Of a DNA stretch of 47,539 bases, positions 18,167-28,469 are shown in pieces. The DNA lies in the NCBI GenBank assembly GCA_041640035.1, contig JBEQBC010000005.1:1-47539 (forward strand), read 5' to 3'. Numbering within the stretch: the first letter of the stretch is position 1; the number at the start of each line of letters is the position of its first letter. Under the pieces are notes generated by a model. It saw only the letters and a list, made by a program, of their open reading frames with translations. It did not search any database and was not told the origin of the DNA. The DNA comes from Candidatus Nanohaloarchaea archaeon (lineage in GTDB: Archaea > Nanohalarchaeota > Nanosalinia > Nanosalinales > Nanosalinaceae). A program made the position numbers and the translations under genes.

Positions 18167-19060
18167 ATGAAAGATCAGAACCCTCTTGAGGAGGACTGGG
18201 ATTATCTCATAATCCTTGACGCATGCCGATACGACTTCTTCGAACAGGTATACGAAGACTACCTTGAAGGCGACCTGGAGAAAAGAAGAAGCATCGCATC
18301 CTCAACACCAGAATGGGCGTCCAAAACATTCACAGATTTCCACGAAATCACATATTTCTCATCAAACCCGTTCATCAACAGCGCAGGAATGCCTCTAAAC
18401 GAAATCGACTGGGGATCCAGCGCCGGATACACATGGAACGGCAAAGAACATATCTCAAACATAATAGATGTCTGGCACGAAGGCTGGGACGACGACCTAG
18501 GAACAGTACCGCCAGAAAACATGACACAGGCAGTATACGACCGGATGGACGAAGTAAAGGACTCAGATAGAACTATCATCCACTACATGCAGCCTCACGC
18601 ACCTTACATCACAAGAGGTGGAAAAGGGCGGAAGAACAAACAGATCCGGAAGAGCTTCAAGAAAGCCAAGGAACAGGGCGAAGAGATGCAGCAAGAAGAC
18701 GGCGGAGTACTTTCAGCAGTCGGAGATGTAGTAAGACCGCGTTTCGAGAAACTGGTAGAAGACAGCAGCATCGCAATGAAACTAGGTATGTGGGTTGAAC
18801 TGAACCCTTCAAGCCTGTTCTCAGTAGGTAAAAACGGGACCCGTGAAACACTTGAAGAATACTACGAGGAAAACCTGCGACTGGTCATGGAGGAAGTCCA
18901 GGAACTGGTACAGGATCTCGACGGTAAAGTAGTAGTAACCTCCGATCACGGAGAAGCATTCGGAGAACAGGGAGTATGGGAGCACCATGTAGAGACACAT
19001 ATCCCTGCTTTGATAGAGGTACCCTGGCTTGAAGTCGAAGATGTAAAACAAGAAGACTAA
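18167..19060 (+). CDS. Alkaline phosphatase/sulfatase-superfamily protein
   Basis: IILDACRYD, S..SSTPEW, HYMQPHAPY, TSDHGE, EH..VPW. Confidence 0.8.
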   Translation: MKDQNPLEEDWDYLIILDACRYDFFEQVYEDYLEGDLEKRRSIASSTPEWASKTFTDFHEITYFSSNPFINSAGMPLNEIDWGSSAGYTWNGKEHISNIIDVWHEGWDDDLGTVPPENMTQAVYDRMDEVKDSDRTIIHYMQPHAPYITRGGKGRKNKQIRKSFKKAKEQGEEMQQEDGGVLSAVGDVVRPRFEKLVEDSSIAMKLGMWVELNPSSLFSVGKNGTRETLEEYYEENLRLVMEEVQELVQDLDGKVVVTSDHGEAFGEQGVWEHHVETHIPALIEVPWLEVEDVKQED

Positions 19061-19096
19061 AACCCCGGTTTTTTCAACGAGGTCTTTCAGAAAGAT

Positions 19097-20131
19097 ATGG
19101 AGAGAAGTCAGATAGGCTGGTTCGCGGTAGCAACCCTGATAATAGCAGGAATGATTTACTTCACAGATGTATCCCGTTTCATGGAACATCTGCGGACCGC
19201 CAACAAAATTTACCTGCTTACAGCTGTCGGTATAGGGCTTCTGGCAATACCTGTATGGACCAACTCCTGGTACCAACTCCTGAACCACATGGGTGAAGAC
19301 CTCAGCTTCTATGAAAGCCTGAAACTCTTCTCATCCGGACTTTTCATGAACTCTGTTACGCCTCTGGGTCAGTTCGGCGGAGAACCTTTCATGGCATACA
19401 TAATCGACGATAATACAAGACTGAACTACGAGGAATCACTTTCCTCAGTGATTTCAGCAGATATAATCAACTCAATACCGATATTCACATTCGTACTCGG
19501 CGGATCCGTCGTACTACTGTTCTTCAACTCCCTCAACCAGTTCTTCCTAGAGATACTGTACATAGCAGTAGCAGTCATAGCGATCGGAAGCGGGCTCGCA
19601 TACTTACTATGGTTCAAATCCGGGTACATCGAAAACAAGATACTAAGCCTGGCAGAAAAACTAAGTTCAAAAATGGGGCGAGGACAAGGATTTGTGGAAG
19701 GTCTTGAAGAAAGACTAAATACTCTACAGGATGCTTTCCAGACTGTAGGTGAAAATCCTAAGGACCTGTTAAAGATGACAGCTATAGCACATCTCTTCTT
19801 TGTCTTCCAGGTATTCAGCCTGTATCTAGTAATGAGATCAGTAGGAGTGGAAACTGCGATAACTCCACTCTACTTCGTGCTTCCGATGACCTCCTTGGCT
19901 AATTTCAGTCCTACGCCTGGAGGTTCCGGAGCCTACGAGGCAGCGATGGCAACAATCCTTACCACTCTACTGGGTGTTCAGGGCAGCCTGGCAGTGACGA
20001 TAGGTATACTGTACAGATTCACCACCTTCTGGCCTGGCCTCATCATCGGCTACCTGTCAATCAGCACTCTTCCGAACATGGAGAAGGAAGATATTGAGGA
20101 GGCTATCGAGTCAGAATATCCAGAGAACTAA
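19097..20131 (+). CDS. UPF0104 / lysylphosphatidylglycerol synthase TM-domain protein (putative flippase)
   Basis: F.N.VTPLGQFGGEP, SPTPGGSGAYE, LYRFTTFW. Confidence 0.85.
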   Translation: MERSQIGWFAVATLIIAGMIYFTDVSRFMEHLRTANKIYLLTAVGIGLLAIPVWTNSWYQLLNHMGEDLSFYESLKLFSSGLFMNSVTPLGQFGGEPFMAYIIDDNTRLNYEESLSSVISADIINSIPIFTFVLGGSVVLLFFNSLNQFFLEILYIAVAVIAIGSGLAYLLWFKSGYIENKILSLAEKLSSKMGRGQGFVEGLEERLNTLQDAFQTVGENPKDLLKMTAIAHLFFVFQVFSLYLVMRSVGVETAITPLYFVLPMTSLANFSPTPGGSGAYEAAMATILTTLLGVQGSLAVTIGILYRFTTFWPGLIIGYLSISTLPNMEKEDIEEAIESEYPEN

Positions 20132-21754
20132 CAACAGGTACAGGAAGGCCAGCGAAATTACTACCAATCTGATCAGAATATTGATACTGAAAACCAGACC
20201 ACTGTAATCCAGCTTGAGCAGACTCAATTCGTCTGCCTTCTGGTTGGTGAATCCGATAGAGGCTTCCGAAACATTTTCTTCAGCTTTCTCTATCACTTCC
20301 TCGGCTTTTCCGACCTCGGAGTGCTTCATATTTGCCAGATCATATATAGAGGAATGTGTATCGGTTGAGAAAAGCAGAGCATAGTCATATTCTTGAGCCA
20401 GTTTCTTTCTGAGGTCTCTCATGTCTTCTGTTACGCCGTTAGTATCTATACCAAAGATAAGTACTTTCTGGTCGTTTACTTCTTCGACCATAGCCATGAT
20501 AGGATGTTCGCACTGCCCAACCTCGACTCCTGCACTGTAATCATGAAACTCCAAGTCTTCCAACTGGTTCAGGAAGTCTTCAAAACCGTTCTTCAGTTTT
20601 TCAGCCTCTGTCGTACCGTACTGAACCTCTTTCTCAGGTCCCTCATGGATATCATGGTTGTGCAGATCGATCAGTAGAACATCTTCCCTGTCCTGGTCCT
20701 CCATGAATACCGCGGTATGGTAGTCATCGATCTCGTCAGCATCTAGGTATACCATTTTCTTGTCTCCTATCTTTCTTCCATAGAATCTAAAACCGTCGTA
20801 TTCCTTCTTGATCATCTCTGAAGCTTCACCGGTCTTCTCAGGTCTTTCAACCGCATCCATGATCTTTTCAGCATCCTTCGGATCCGCCAGGTCTTCCTTA
20901 TGCGTGCAAGGGACATGTAGGAAGAAGCCTTTACCGTTCTCGTTCAGGTGTTCGATCATCCTGTCGCTGAGCTTGCCTCCTCCGAAACCTCCTAGAGGTC
21001 CTGGATGTACCCAGGGAGCTGCAAGAGTTGCTTCCTCGCCGTTATCTATCTGAAGTGTCTGAACATCAGGTCTTGCCTCGTAACCTGTGTCCAGCGACTC
21101 TCGTTCATCCTGTAGTAGACCTGAAGTCAGTTCAAAGGCTGATACATCTGTATTGCTTCCGATCAGGTAATCCACCAGCTTCAACAGGGTTACGAGGAAT
21201 ACTACTGCTACCAGTAGTGCAGCGAAGTTGAAAGCGTAGGTTAGTGCAGGTATTTCTAGAGATCTTCCAAGCAGGAAATGGAATATCACCAGTAAAGTAA
21301 CCGGTTGCGTGAATGAGATAGGAACTATTCTCTTTATCCATTTGGTGCCATTGGACATCGTCAGTACAAGTATATTGATCAGTGTGATGGTGATCAGTGT
21401 CAGCCAGATTATGCTCCAGGCATTACCTACATCATCTGCTCCTGAAAGAATCAAGCTGTACAGGAAAAGTACCATTTGATTCGTTAGGGAAAGGAAAAAG
21501 CTCCATTTCCTTGGATAACCGGGTATAATTCTGTGGAAAAGTTCTCCGGCCAGTGCGAACGGGAATAGGAAGACCAGTACAGTGAAGACCGGAATCATAA
21601 CAGGTTCCAGAGGCACCGGTGCGAAGAGGTCGAATGATACATATGCGATACCGGTGTATATAGGGCTTAGAAGCAGCATCGCTGCTATCTGGTACTTCAG
21701 ATCCGGTAAACTGAAGATTATCTTCTTGAATATATCTACATTATCTGCTCCCAT
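20111..21754 (-). CDS. DUF2070-family membrane protein
   Basis: N-terminal TM bundle; VHPGPLG..GGG.L, H.PCTHKED, IDLHN, STDTH. Confidence 0.8.
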   Translation of the reverse strand: MGADNVDIFKKIIFSLPDLKYQIAAMLLLSPIYTGIAYVSFDLFAPVPLEPVMIPVFTVLVFLFPFALAGELFHRIIPGYPRKWSFFLSLTNQMVLFLYSLILSGADDVGNAWSIIWLTLITITLINILVLTMSNGTKWIKRIVPISFTQPVTLLVIFHFLLGRSLEIPALTYAFNFAALLVAVVFLVTLLKLVDYLIGSNTDVSAFELTSGLLQDERESLDTGYEARPDVQTLQIDNGEEATLAAPWVHPGPLGGFGGGKLSDRMIEHLNENGKGFFLHVPCTHKEDLADPKDAEKIMDAVERPEKTGEASEMIKKEYDGFRFYGRKIGDKKMVYLDADEIDDYHTAVFMEDQDREDVLLIDLHNHDIHEGPEKEVQYGTTEAEKLKNGFEDFLNQLEDLEFHDYSAGVEVGQCEHPIMAMVEEVNDQKVLIFGIDTNGVTEDMRDLRKKLAQEYDYALLFSTDTHSSIYDLANMKHSEVGKAEEVIEKAEENVSEASIGFTNQKADELSLLKLDYSGLVFSINILIRLVVISLAFLYLLLVLWIF

Positions 21755-21757
21755 TCT

Positions 21758-22789
21758 CTACTCCTCGTAAATTTCCTCTAACTCATCAATTGTTTTCTCC
21801 AGTGAAAAATCTTTCACAGCTCCACGGGTATCCCGTTCATTCTCAAGACAGTCCCTCACAGCTCTCTCCATATCATCTATATCACCGTACTCGAATCTTG
21901 CTCCGTTTCCATCCTGTATCGTACGGCTGAACGGTTCGACATCCGCCGCAGCTACAGGAGTACCACAGGCATTAGACTCAAGTGTAGAAAGACCCAATGT
22001 ATCACATGTAGATGCGGTTATGAATACATCCATAGAAGAGTAGTATTTAGGCAGTTCCTCTCTATCAACGAAATCCCTGAACTCGACATTTTCCGAAGCC
22101 TGTTTCTCCCACTTGCTCCTAGAAGGACCTTCACCCACCAGTACAAACCGGCAGTCATCCATCTGTTCAGCCAGCTTCAACACTTCCCCTATGTTCTTCT
22201 TCTTGCTCATTCTTCCGCTGTAGCCGATTACAGGTCTATCCTCGTCTTCAAATAGTCGTTCCTCAGTAGGCTGGAAGAAATCCATCTCGAGCCCAACCGG
22301 AAGCTTTCTCGGTTCGACTTTTCTCCTAATCCTGGAAGTTGAGGCTGTTACACAGTCGAAAGACTGTAGAAGCCGATTTTCGTACGCTACATAAAGTTTT
22401 CCAGCAAGATCCGCAAGTTTCTCGGATTTCAACCCTCTCACCAGATAGTCTTCGACCGGTGTATGGTGGGTATAAACCAGTTTAACATCGTTTTTCTTCG
22501 CGTATCTTCGGCCCATGATTCCTGTTGATGCCGGTCCATGGCAGTGAACTACATCGAGTTCTGGAAGCGTTGAGACCCGGCGGTATAGTGGGAGTCTGTA
22601 CTGCCAGTAGAACGGGTTGGGAAGTGATTTGACAGGTATCTCTTTTTCATCGGGTTCATGGCTGCTCTCCGGATATATAACATAGACTTCATGGCCTCTG
22701 TCTTCTAGTCTTTCTCTCCAGGCCTTGATAGTATAAGTTACGCCGTCTATACCGGGGAAGTAGCTGTCAGTGAAAAACCCGATTTTCAT
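21758..22789 (-). CDS. GT4 glycosyltransferase (monoglycosyl-lipid synthase-like)
   Basis: MKIGFFTDSYFPGIDGV, HCHGP, YTHHT, GRMSKKKN, S.CDTLGL..LES.ACGTPV. Confidence 0.88.
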   Translation of the reverse strand: MKIGFFTDSYFPGIDGVTYTIKAWRERLEDRGHEVYVIYPESSHEPDEKEIPVKSLPNPFYWQYRLPLYRRVSTLPELDVVHCHGPASTGIMGRRYAKKNDVKLVYTHHTPVEDYLVRGLKSEKLADLAGKLYVAYENRLLQSFDCVTASTSRIRRKVEPRKLPVGLEMDFFQPTEERLFEDEDRPVIGYSGRMSKKKNIGEVLKLAEQMDDCRFVLVGEGPSRSKWEKQASENVEFRDFVDREELPKYYSSMDVFITASTCDTLGLSTLESNACGTPVAAADVEPFSRTIQDGNGARFEYGDIDDMERAVRDCLENERDTRGAVKDFSLEKTIDELEEIYEE

Positions 22790-22861
22790 ACAAACCCTAA
22801 TATATACTCAGGCTTTTTATGAACACTAGATTAACCCGGAAAATTGGATGTGAAGACGGAG

Positions 22862-23860
22862 TTAAATCAGGGATCTATAAACATTTTCAAGCTTTTCTCC
22901 AACATTCTCCAGCCTGAAATCCTTGCTCTTTTCCTCAGCCGCCTCACCGACCTCATTCCGTCTTTCCTCATCATCCAGAGACTCAAGAACAGAAACAAAA
23001 TCTTCTTCAGCCTTCAAACAGTTCTCCCCATGCTCCAGCCATTCAAAAGTACCTATATCCCTTACTACCGGAGGCTTTCCGCACGCCATCGCCTCAAGTA
23101 ATGCCATACCTTCGTTCTCGTTCTTGGTCGGGAAGAAAAAGATATCTCCTGCTGCAAAAGCTCCTCTTACATCCTCGATGTACCCTGTGAACTGGCAGTT
23201 ATCCGGAGCGTCCTCTACCAGTTTCTTGGTATCTCTTCCTTTCATCAAGCGGTCGGTAAATCCTTCTCCACCGGTCGGATTCACCCAGCCGAACCATACA
23301 AAATCTGTGTCCGGCATCTGACGGGCTGTCTCGATGAATGTTTCCAAGCCTTTTCTCTTGATTACATGTCCGACGCAGAAGACTACAGGCGGCTCCAGAT
23401 CGTATTTTTCAAGGTACTCTTCCCTCAGGTCCTCGAAGCCTTCCAGTTTTTCATGGTCGAAGCCGTTGCTAATCACTGTCTTCGGTACATCAGTGTATTC
23501 TTCCATGACCTCTTTGTTGTGTTCTGAAGGACAAATTATATGGTCTGCGAACGAGTATGCATATTTTAGGTACGGTTTCATCGGCTTGGCGAGGAAGTTG
23601 GAGAACGCAAAGCTTTCCTCGAAGTCCTCTGCCGTCTGATGGGCGTGTACCACTACGGGAGTGTTGTTTCTCTGGGCTTTCCAGGCATAGTAAACTGATT
23701 TCGGACCCATGATGTTTAGATGAAGTACATCTGCGGATAAATCCGGTTTAGTTGTGTATTCGATGTCTTTTTCTTCCAGAATTTTTCTCTGGTTCTTAAC
23801 TGACTGTGCCTGTCCGCCTGTTATGGTTTCCTCCCATTCGAAGTAGTGGCTGATCCTCAT
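22862..23860 (-). CDS. GT4 glycosyltransferase (diglycosyl-lipid synthase/CpoA-like)
   Basis: HAHQTAEDFEESF, ISNG, RKG..TF, FFFPTKNENEGMALLEAMACGKP. Confidence 0.88.
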   Translation of the reverse strand: MRISHYFEWEETITGGQAQSVKNQRKILEEKDIEYTTKPDLSADVLHLNIMGPKSVYYAWKAQRNNTPVVVHAHQTAEDFEESFAFSNFLAKPMKPYLKYAYSFADHIICPSEHNKEVMEEYTDVPKTVISNGFDHEKLEGFEDLREEYLEKYDLEPPVVFCVGHVIKRKGLETFIETARQMPDTDFVWFGWVNPTGGEGFTDRLMKGRDTKKLVEDAPDNCQFTGYIEDVRGAFAAGDIFFFPTKNENEGMALLEAMACGKPPVVRDIGTFEWLEHGENCLKAEEDFVSVLESLDDEERRNEVGEAAEEKSKDFRLENVGEKLENVYRSLI

Positions 23861-23902
23861 TAGAAAATTTTAATGCGGAAGAAAGTTTTCAAACTACCGG
23901 AT

Positions 23903-24232
23903 TCAGAAACCCTGCATACCAGGTACATGTCCAAGCTCGTTCCGTGCCTCATCACTCATCTTCTCCGGAGTCCACTGCGGATCAAATGTAAGCTCTATAT
24001 CGATATCATCCGGATCCAGGTCACGCAGCTCCTTCTTCAACAGCTCGTCAAAAACTCCGTGAAGAGGGCATGCACGGCTTGTCAAGGTCATCAATACATA
24101 GATCTCATCGTCCTCGACTTCGATCTCGTACACCAGTCCTAGGTCAACTATGTTAATCTCCAGTTCCGGGTCTATGACCTCTCTCAGCTTTTCACGGACA
24201 TCTTCCTCATCCATAACAACCGGTTTTTTCAT
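23903..24232 (-). CDS. DUF59/SufT (PaaD-like) metal-sulfur cluster assembly factor
   Basis: VIDPELEINIVDLGLVY, MTLTSRACP, FDPQWTPEKMS. Confidence 0.9.
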   Translation of the reverse strand: MKKPVVMDEEDVREKLREVIDPELEINIVDLGLVYEIEVEDDEIYVLMTLTSRACPLHGVFDELLKKELRDLDPDDIDIELTFDPQWTPEKMSDEARNELGHVPGMQGF

Positions 24233-24273
24233 GTAAAGTTATAACAGTATAAAAACTATACCTCGATGTACAG

Positions 24274-24573
24274 ATGGGGAGTGAAGATATCGCGGGGGAG
24301 CGTATCGAAATACTTTTTGAGAAAGCCGAGGAACGGTTTGTAAACTCAAAACCGGAACTGGCAGAAAGATATATCGAACTAGCACAGCAGATATCACAGC
24401 GCAGCGAAACACCTATACCACGGGAATACCAGATGCGGTTCTGCAGCGACTGCGGAAGCTACTGGATGCCCGGAGAGACCTGCAAAGTAAGACTGCTTTC
24501 AGACGAAGGAAAACTCTGGTACAGCTGCCAAGAATGTGAAAATCAGGAAAAATACCCTTACAAAGACAAATGA
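24274..24573 (+). CDS. rnp4: RNase P protein component 4 (Rpp21)
   Basis: IAGERIEILF..A, LAERY..LA..I, FCSDC...PG....VR, CQEC zinc ribbon. Confidence 0.9.
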   Translation: MGSEDIAGERIEILFEKAEERFVNSKPELAERYIELAQQISQRSETPIPREYQMRFCSDCGSYWMPGETCKVRLLSDEGKLWYSCQECENQEKYPYKDK

Positions 24574-25505
24574 CATATCTATACAAACTGGCCGGCGAAA
24601 ACCTGGAGATGGCAGAAGCCGATCTACAGGGATTTCTAAGATCACAGGAGATAAGTGAAGAAGTCAAAAGAAACGGGAGAATCGCCGAGACAGAATCAGA
24701 ACCTCTCCAAATCCGGAGACTGGCCCTGACACATGAAGTCTGTGAGAAGATAGCAGAGAAAAATCTAGAAGAGAATATCGAGATCGAGGCCGAAGGAAGA
24801 TACGCGGTCAGAGCGGAGAACATCGGAGAAGCTAACTATGATACCCAGGAATGGGAGAAAAAGCTAGGCTCCCAGCTGGAAAACGATGATAACGAGGTCG
24901 ATCTTGAACATCCGGAAAACGAGTATGTAGCGTATCTATTCGAAGATAAATATATATTAGGAAAGCTTGTGGAGAGTCTTCCCAGAGATAAGTTCCAGGA
25001 TAGGGAGAATCAGCACCGTCCATTCTCTTCACCTGTTTCCATCGATCCTGTTCAGGCGCGTCTCTTGGTCAACTTGGCGGAGGTTAAGCCAGGGGAAAAG
25101 GTGCTGGATCCATTCTGCGGTACGGGAGGTATACTAATTGAGGCAGGTCTCTGTGGAGTAGCAGTTTATGGTACAGATATCCAGTCCAAGATGGTTGAAG
25201 GTTCGGAAGAAAATCTTGAGGAGTACGGTGTTATCGCCCATGATATCCGTGAGATGAGTGTAGAGGATGCAGTAGAGGAGTTAGATCAGGATTTCGAAGC
25301 GGTGATAACGGATCTGCCGTACGGAAAGGCTTCGTTCAAGGAGTCTGATGTGAAGAAAGAGTTTATGGAGCTGGTTGAGAAGCGGTGTAGTGGTAAAGCA
25401 GTATTTGTTTCTGATCAACCTGAATTTGAAGGTATGGAACCTGAGTTCAGTATCTATGTACACAAGAATCTGACAAGGTACATCTACACTTACTCGGCGT
25501 CGTAG
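24570..25505 (+). CDS. tRNA (guanine-10-N2) methyltransferase, Trm11/TrmG10
   Basis: THUMP-like N-part, RPFSSPVS, LDPFCGTGG.LIEAGL, TDLPYG, VHKNLTR. Confidence 0.85.
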   Translation: MTYLYKLAGENLEMAEADLQGFLRSQEISEEVKRNGRIAETESEPLQIRRLALTHEVCEKIAEKNLEENIEIEAEGRYAVRAENIGEANYDTQEWEKKLGSQLENDDNEVDLEHPENEYVAYLFEDKYILGKLVESLPRDKFQDRENQHRPFSSPVSIDPVQARLLVNLAEVKPGEKVLDPFCGTGGILIEAGLCGVAVYGTDIQSKMVEGSEENLEEYGVIAHDIREMSVEDAVEELDQDFEAVITDLPYGKASFKESDVKKEFMELVEKRCSGKAVFVSDQPEFEGMEPEFSIYVHKNLTRYIYTYSAS

Positions 25506-26128
25506 AACATATCGATGAGGTCTTCAGCTGCTTCTCTGTAGTCATCGGCTAGTCCTGGTGCGAGGAACGCGTCGTTAATTCTGTCGTACTGATCGACTTC
25601 CTCTATCTTCTGTCCATCTATCCGTGGAACTCCAAGTTCTTCAGTGCTGTATCCTTTCTGTGCGAACAGTTCATCTTCTCCCGTATAGCTTAGTACACCG
25701 AATGGATGTCCGTTGGATTCTTCTCCGTTGATCTCCCACTGGAGATCGTTTTCAACATCGTAGTCCGGGTGTGTAATTATGTGGTCATCTTTTACTACGA
25801 ATACAGGGTCTAGCTGTCCATCGTTTACTTCGAGTACCCAGTATTCTCCTGTTTCCTCGAATCTTTCCTGAAGTTCTCTTGAGATATGATATGCTGCCCA
25901 TGCGTCGCTTTCGATGCGTGGATCTTCATCTCTTTCCCGTTCCGCAGATCCACCATCTGTCAGTAGTTCTGAAATATTTTCAGCAGTCATCTGCTGATCG
26001 AATAGTCGGCGCTGGCCTTCATCTGTTTCTGAATAAGGAACCTGTGATTCATCCTCTGTATCTAGGGTTCTGTCTGGACCCTGATGTTTTCGTTCGTCTC
26101 GCCAGCCTCCGCTTCGATCCTCACTCAT
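25490..26128 (-). CDS. Hypothetical acidic protein
   Basis: 212-aa ORF with host-like D/E-rich composition; no family recognised. Confidence 0.7.
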   Translation of the reverse strand: MSEDRSGGWRDERKHQGPDRTLDTEDESQVPYSETDEGQRRLFDQQMTAENISELLTDGGSAERERDEDPRIESDAWAAYHISRELQERFEETGEYWVLEVNDGQLDPVFVVKDDHIITHPDYDVENDLQWEINGEESNGHPFGVLSYTGEDELFAQKGYSTEELGVPRIDGQKIEEVDQYDRINDAFLAPGLADDYREAAEDLIDMFYDAE

Positions 26129-26204
26129 ACAGATGTTGTTACCCGTAAGTGTTATATCTGTTTCTGGTATTTAGAAAAAGAGGAAAAAAGAGAGGGAAAA
26201 TTTG

Positions 26205-26594
26205 CTACTGTCCCATGTCCCAGAACTCGTAGAAACCGTATGCCACGATGGCGAGGCCTACGAAGTTCATAAGGCCGAACAGCATGCTCCAGAAGCCCGT
26301 TGTCAGTCCGAGCCACTCAGGGCTTCCGACTGTGGACCAGGTGTATGATGGCCAGTAAGCTAGGACGAATACGAGAAGTCCAACTCCAAGAATCTCTAGT
26401 CTTCTTGCTGTTCCTCCTCCAAGTGCGTCTCTAGCTTTGTAGATGAAGTAAAGGCCGCCTGCTACAGCAGCGAATGTCAGGAAGTCGATGAATGCGTCTG
26501 CTGCAGGTTCCAGACCCATGAACTGGGCCCATAGTGCTGCGAGCACTGCGAATGCTACTGCGCCTGCTACGACTTTTTTATCGTTGCTTCTCAT
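26205..26594 (-). CDS. Small 4-TM protein, paralogue family A
   Basis: IYKARDALGG...LE.LG.G and YGFY..W shared with 26591 and 29537 ORFs. Confidence 0.8.
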   Translation of the reverse strand: MRSNDKKVVAGAVAFAVLAALWAQFMGLEPAADAFIDFLTFAAVAGGLYFIYKARDALGGGTARRLEILGVGLLVFVLAYWPSYTWSTVGSPEWLGLTTGFWSMLFGLMNFVGLAIVAYGFYEFWDMGQ

Positions 26595-27031
26595 TCTGTA
26601 TCACCTTCCTGGCTCATCTGGTAGAACCTGAAGAATCCGAAGGATGCGATACCGAATACTGCTGCTGTAAGTGTATGGAAGAATACATTCCATGCACCTG
26701 TTGAGAGCAGTCCGAACATGCTTTCGGCTGATCCTCCGAGGGCTTCTGCGTGGTAGACCATCTTATGTGGCCACCACAGAATTGCATAAAGCAGGAATCC
26801 TACTGCGATGACATCTAAGTTGTCAACAATTTCTCCTCCAAGAAGGTCTCGTGATAGGTAAGCGAATACAAGACCTACTAGGATCACCAGTATGGTGAGC
26901 TGCGGTAGGATACCTGTGATGGTATCTACTGCGGAGGATGGCAGGACTCCTGACTGAGCGGCGAAAGCTCCCAGGAACGAGAGCAGGATACCGCCCAAAA
27001 TGAAGCCATAATCCTTGTTTTCAAGATTCAT
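26591..27031 (-). CDS. Small 4-TM protein, paralogue family A
   Basis: SRDLLGGE, WWPH, FFHTLT, FGFFRFY; ATGA overlap with the downstream gene. Confidence 0.8.
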   Translation of the reverse strand: MNLENKDYGFILGGILLSFLGAFAAQSGVLPSSAVDTITGILPQLTILVILVGLVFAYLSRDLLGGEIVDNLDVIAVGFLLYAILWWPHKMVYHAEALGGSAESMFGLLSTGAWNVFFHTLTAAVFGIASFGFFRFYQMSQEGDTE

Positions 27032-27097
27032 GATTTTGTGATCTAGAAATTAATACGGTTTCTCTGTTAAAAAGAATTTTGAAAACTGTACCACTAG

Positions 27098-27457
27098 TTA
27101 GCCGAAAACCTTATTCTTGATCTGTGAGATAGCACTTTGCCTTTCTTCTATAGCTCTGAGATTCTCGGTAAGAAGATCCCAGTCGTCCTCATCAAGTTCA
27201 GACTTAAGTTCACGGCCGATTTTCCGGTCCGCGACTTCTTCTCCCCAGACCTGTTCATACTGCTCGACCATTATATCCAGAACATCCTCTCCTTTACCAT
27301 AGTAATCGACGACATGATCATCTAGGTCAAGTTCTAGGGGAGCTTTTCTAACATACTTCAGTCCCACCTTGTCTCCAAGCATCTGTTTCTGCGATTCCAG
27401 AATTATGTTGAAGATACGAAGATATTTCTCATGTTCCTCATCAGTGTCGCCCGACAT
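27098..27457 (-). CDS. Small soluble protein, paralogue family B
   Basis: MLGDKV...RKAPLE...YGKGE..DI.V.Q shared with the 28455 ORF. Confidence 0.8.
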   Translation of the reverse strand: MSGDTDEEHEKYLRIFNIILESQKQMLGDKVGLKYVRKAPLELDLDDHVVDYYGKGEDVLDIMVEQYEQVWGEEVADRKIGRELKSELDEDDWDLLTENLRAIEERQSAISQIKNKVFG

Positions 27458-27551
27458 GGTACAACATTCGAAATCTTGTTACTTATAATTTCATGCTTTA
27501 ACCTGAGAAAGATACCGGTAATAAATGAATCTAACTCACTAATGATTAATT

Positions 27552-28469
27552 ATGGAAATAAGAACCCTAGGAACCTCCAGCGCAGTACCTTCAAGAAAAA
27601 GAGATCTTCCAGCCAACATGATCAACTTCAAAGGCGAAAGAATACTTTTCGACTGCGGAGAAGGAGTACAGAAGAAAATAATGACCCAGAAACTGGGTTT
27701 GATGGATATCTCAAAGATATTCATCTCTCACTGGCACGCAGACCACTTCGCAGGACTAATCGGACTGATCCAGACCATGGAGATGGAAGGAAGAGAGCAA
27801 CCGCTCTACATCTACGGACCTCCAGGCACCGAACAGTTCACAGACAGGATACTGGACACAGGATACTTCAGCCGGAGCTACGACATTTTCGTCGAGGATC
27901 TTTCGGAAGAAGATGTAATAGTCGGCGAAGGCTACGAAGTGAGACCTTTCGAGGTAGACCACGGAGTGGAAGCCTTCGGATATGTATTCGAGGAAGACAA
28001 GCACAGAAAGGCCAACAAAGATAAGATGAAGGAACTCGGTCTCGAAAGCTCACCAAAGATAGGTAAACTGATAGAGGGAGAAAAAATAGAATGGAAAGAA
28101 GAAGAAATCCGGCCTGAACAGGTTGTAGAAGAGGTCAGAGGAAGAAAAGTGGTTTACAGTGGCGATACCGCGAAATGCCAGAAAACCATCGATAATGCGG
28201 AAGAAGCAGACCTGCTAATACATGAAGCAACCTGTTTACATGAGATAATCGATGATCGCCGGAACCATACTTCCGCGAAGCAGGCTGCTGAAATAGCTGA
28301 GGACGCAAATGTGGAGAAACTTTTACTTACTCATATATCCCGTAGATACCATCAAGACGAGGAAAAACTCTTGGATGAGGCCAGAGAAGTTTTCGAGAAC
28401 ACTGAACTAGCCGATGAAGATGAAAAGTATGTTGTGGAGTCTGTTAGACCTGAGTCAGGCAATCTTTGA
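27552..28469 (+). CDS. rnz: Ribonuclease Z
   Basis: LGTSSAVPS..R, LFDCGEG.Q, SHWHADH, YSGDT, LIHEAT, HTSA, LTHISRRY. Confidence 0.95.
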   Translation: MEIRTLGTSSAVPSRKRDLPANMINFKGERILFDCGEGVQKKIMTQKLGLMDISKIFISHWHADHFAGLIGLIQTMEMEGREQPLYIYGPPGTEQFTDRILDTGYFSRSYDIFVEDLSEEDVIVGEGYEVRPFEVDHGVEAFGYVFEEDKHRKANKDKMKELGLESSPKIGKLIEGEKIEWKEEEIRPEQVVEEVRGRKVVYSGDTAKCQKTIDNAEEADLLIHEATCLHEIIDDRRNHTSAKQAAEIAEDANVEKLLLTHISRRYHQDEEKLLDEAREVFENTELADEDEKYVVESVRPESGNL

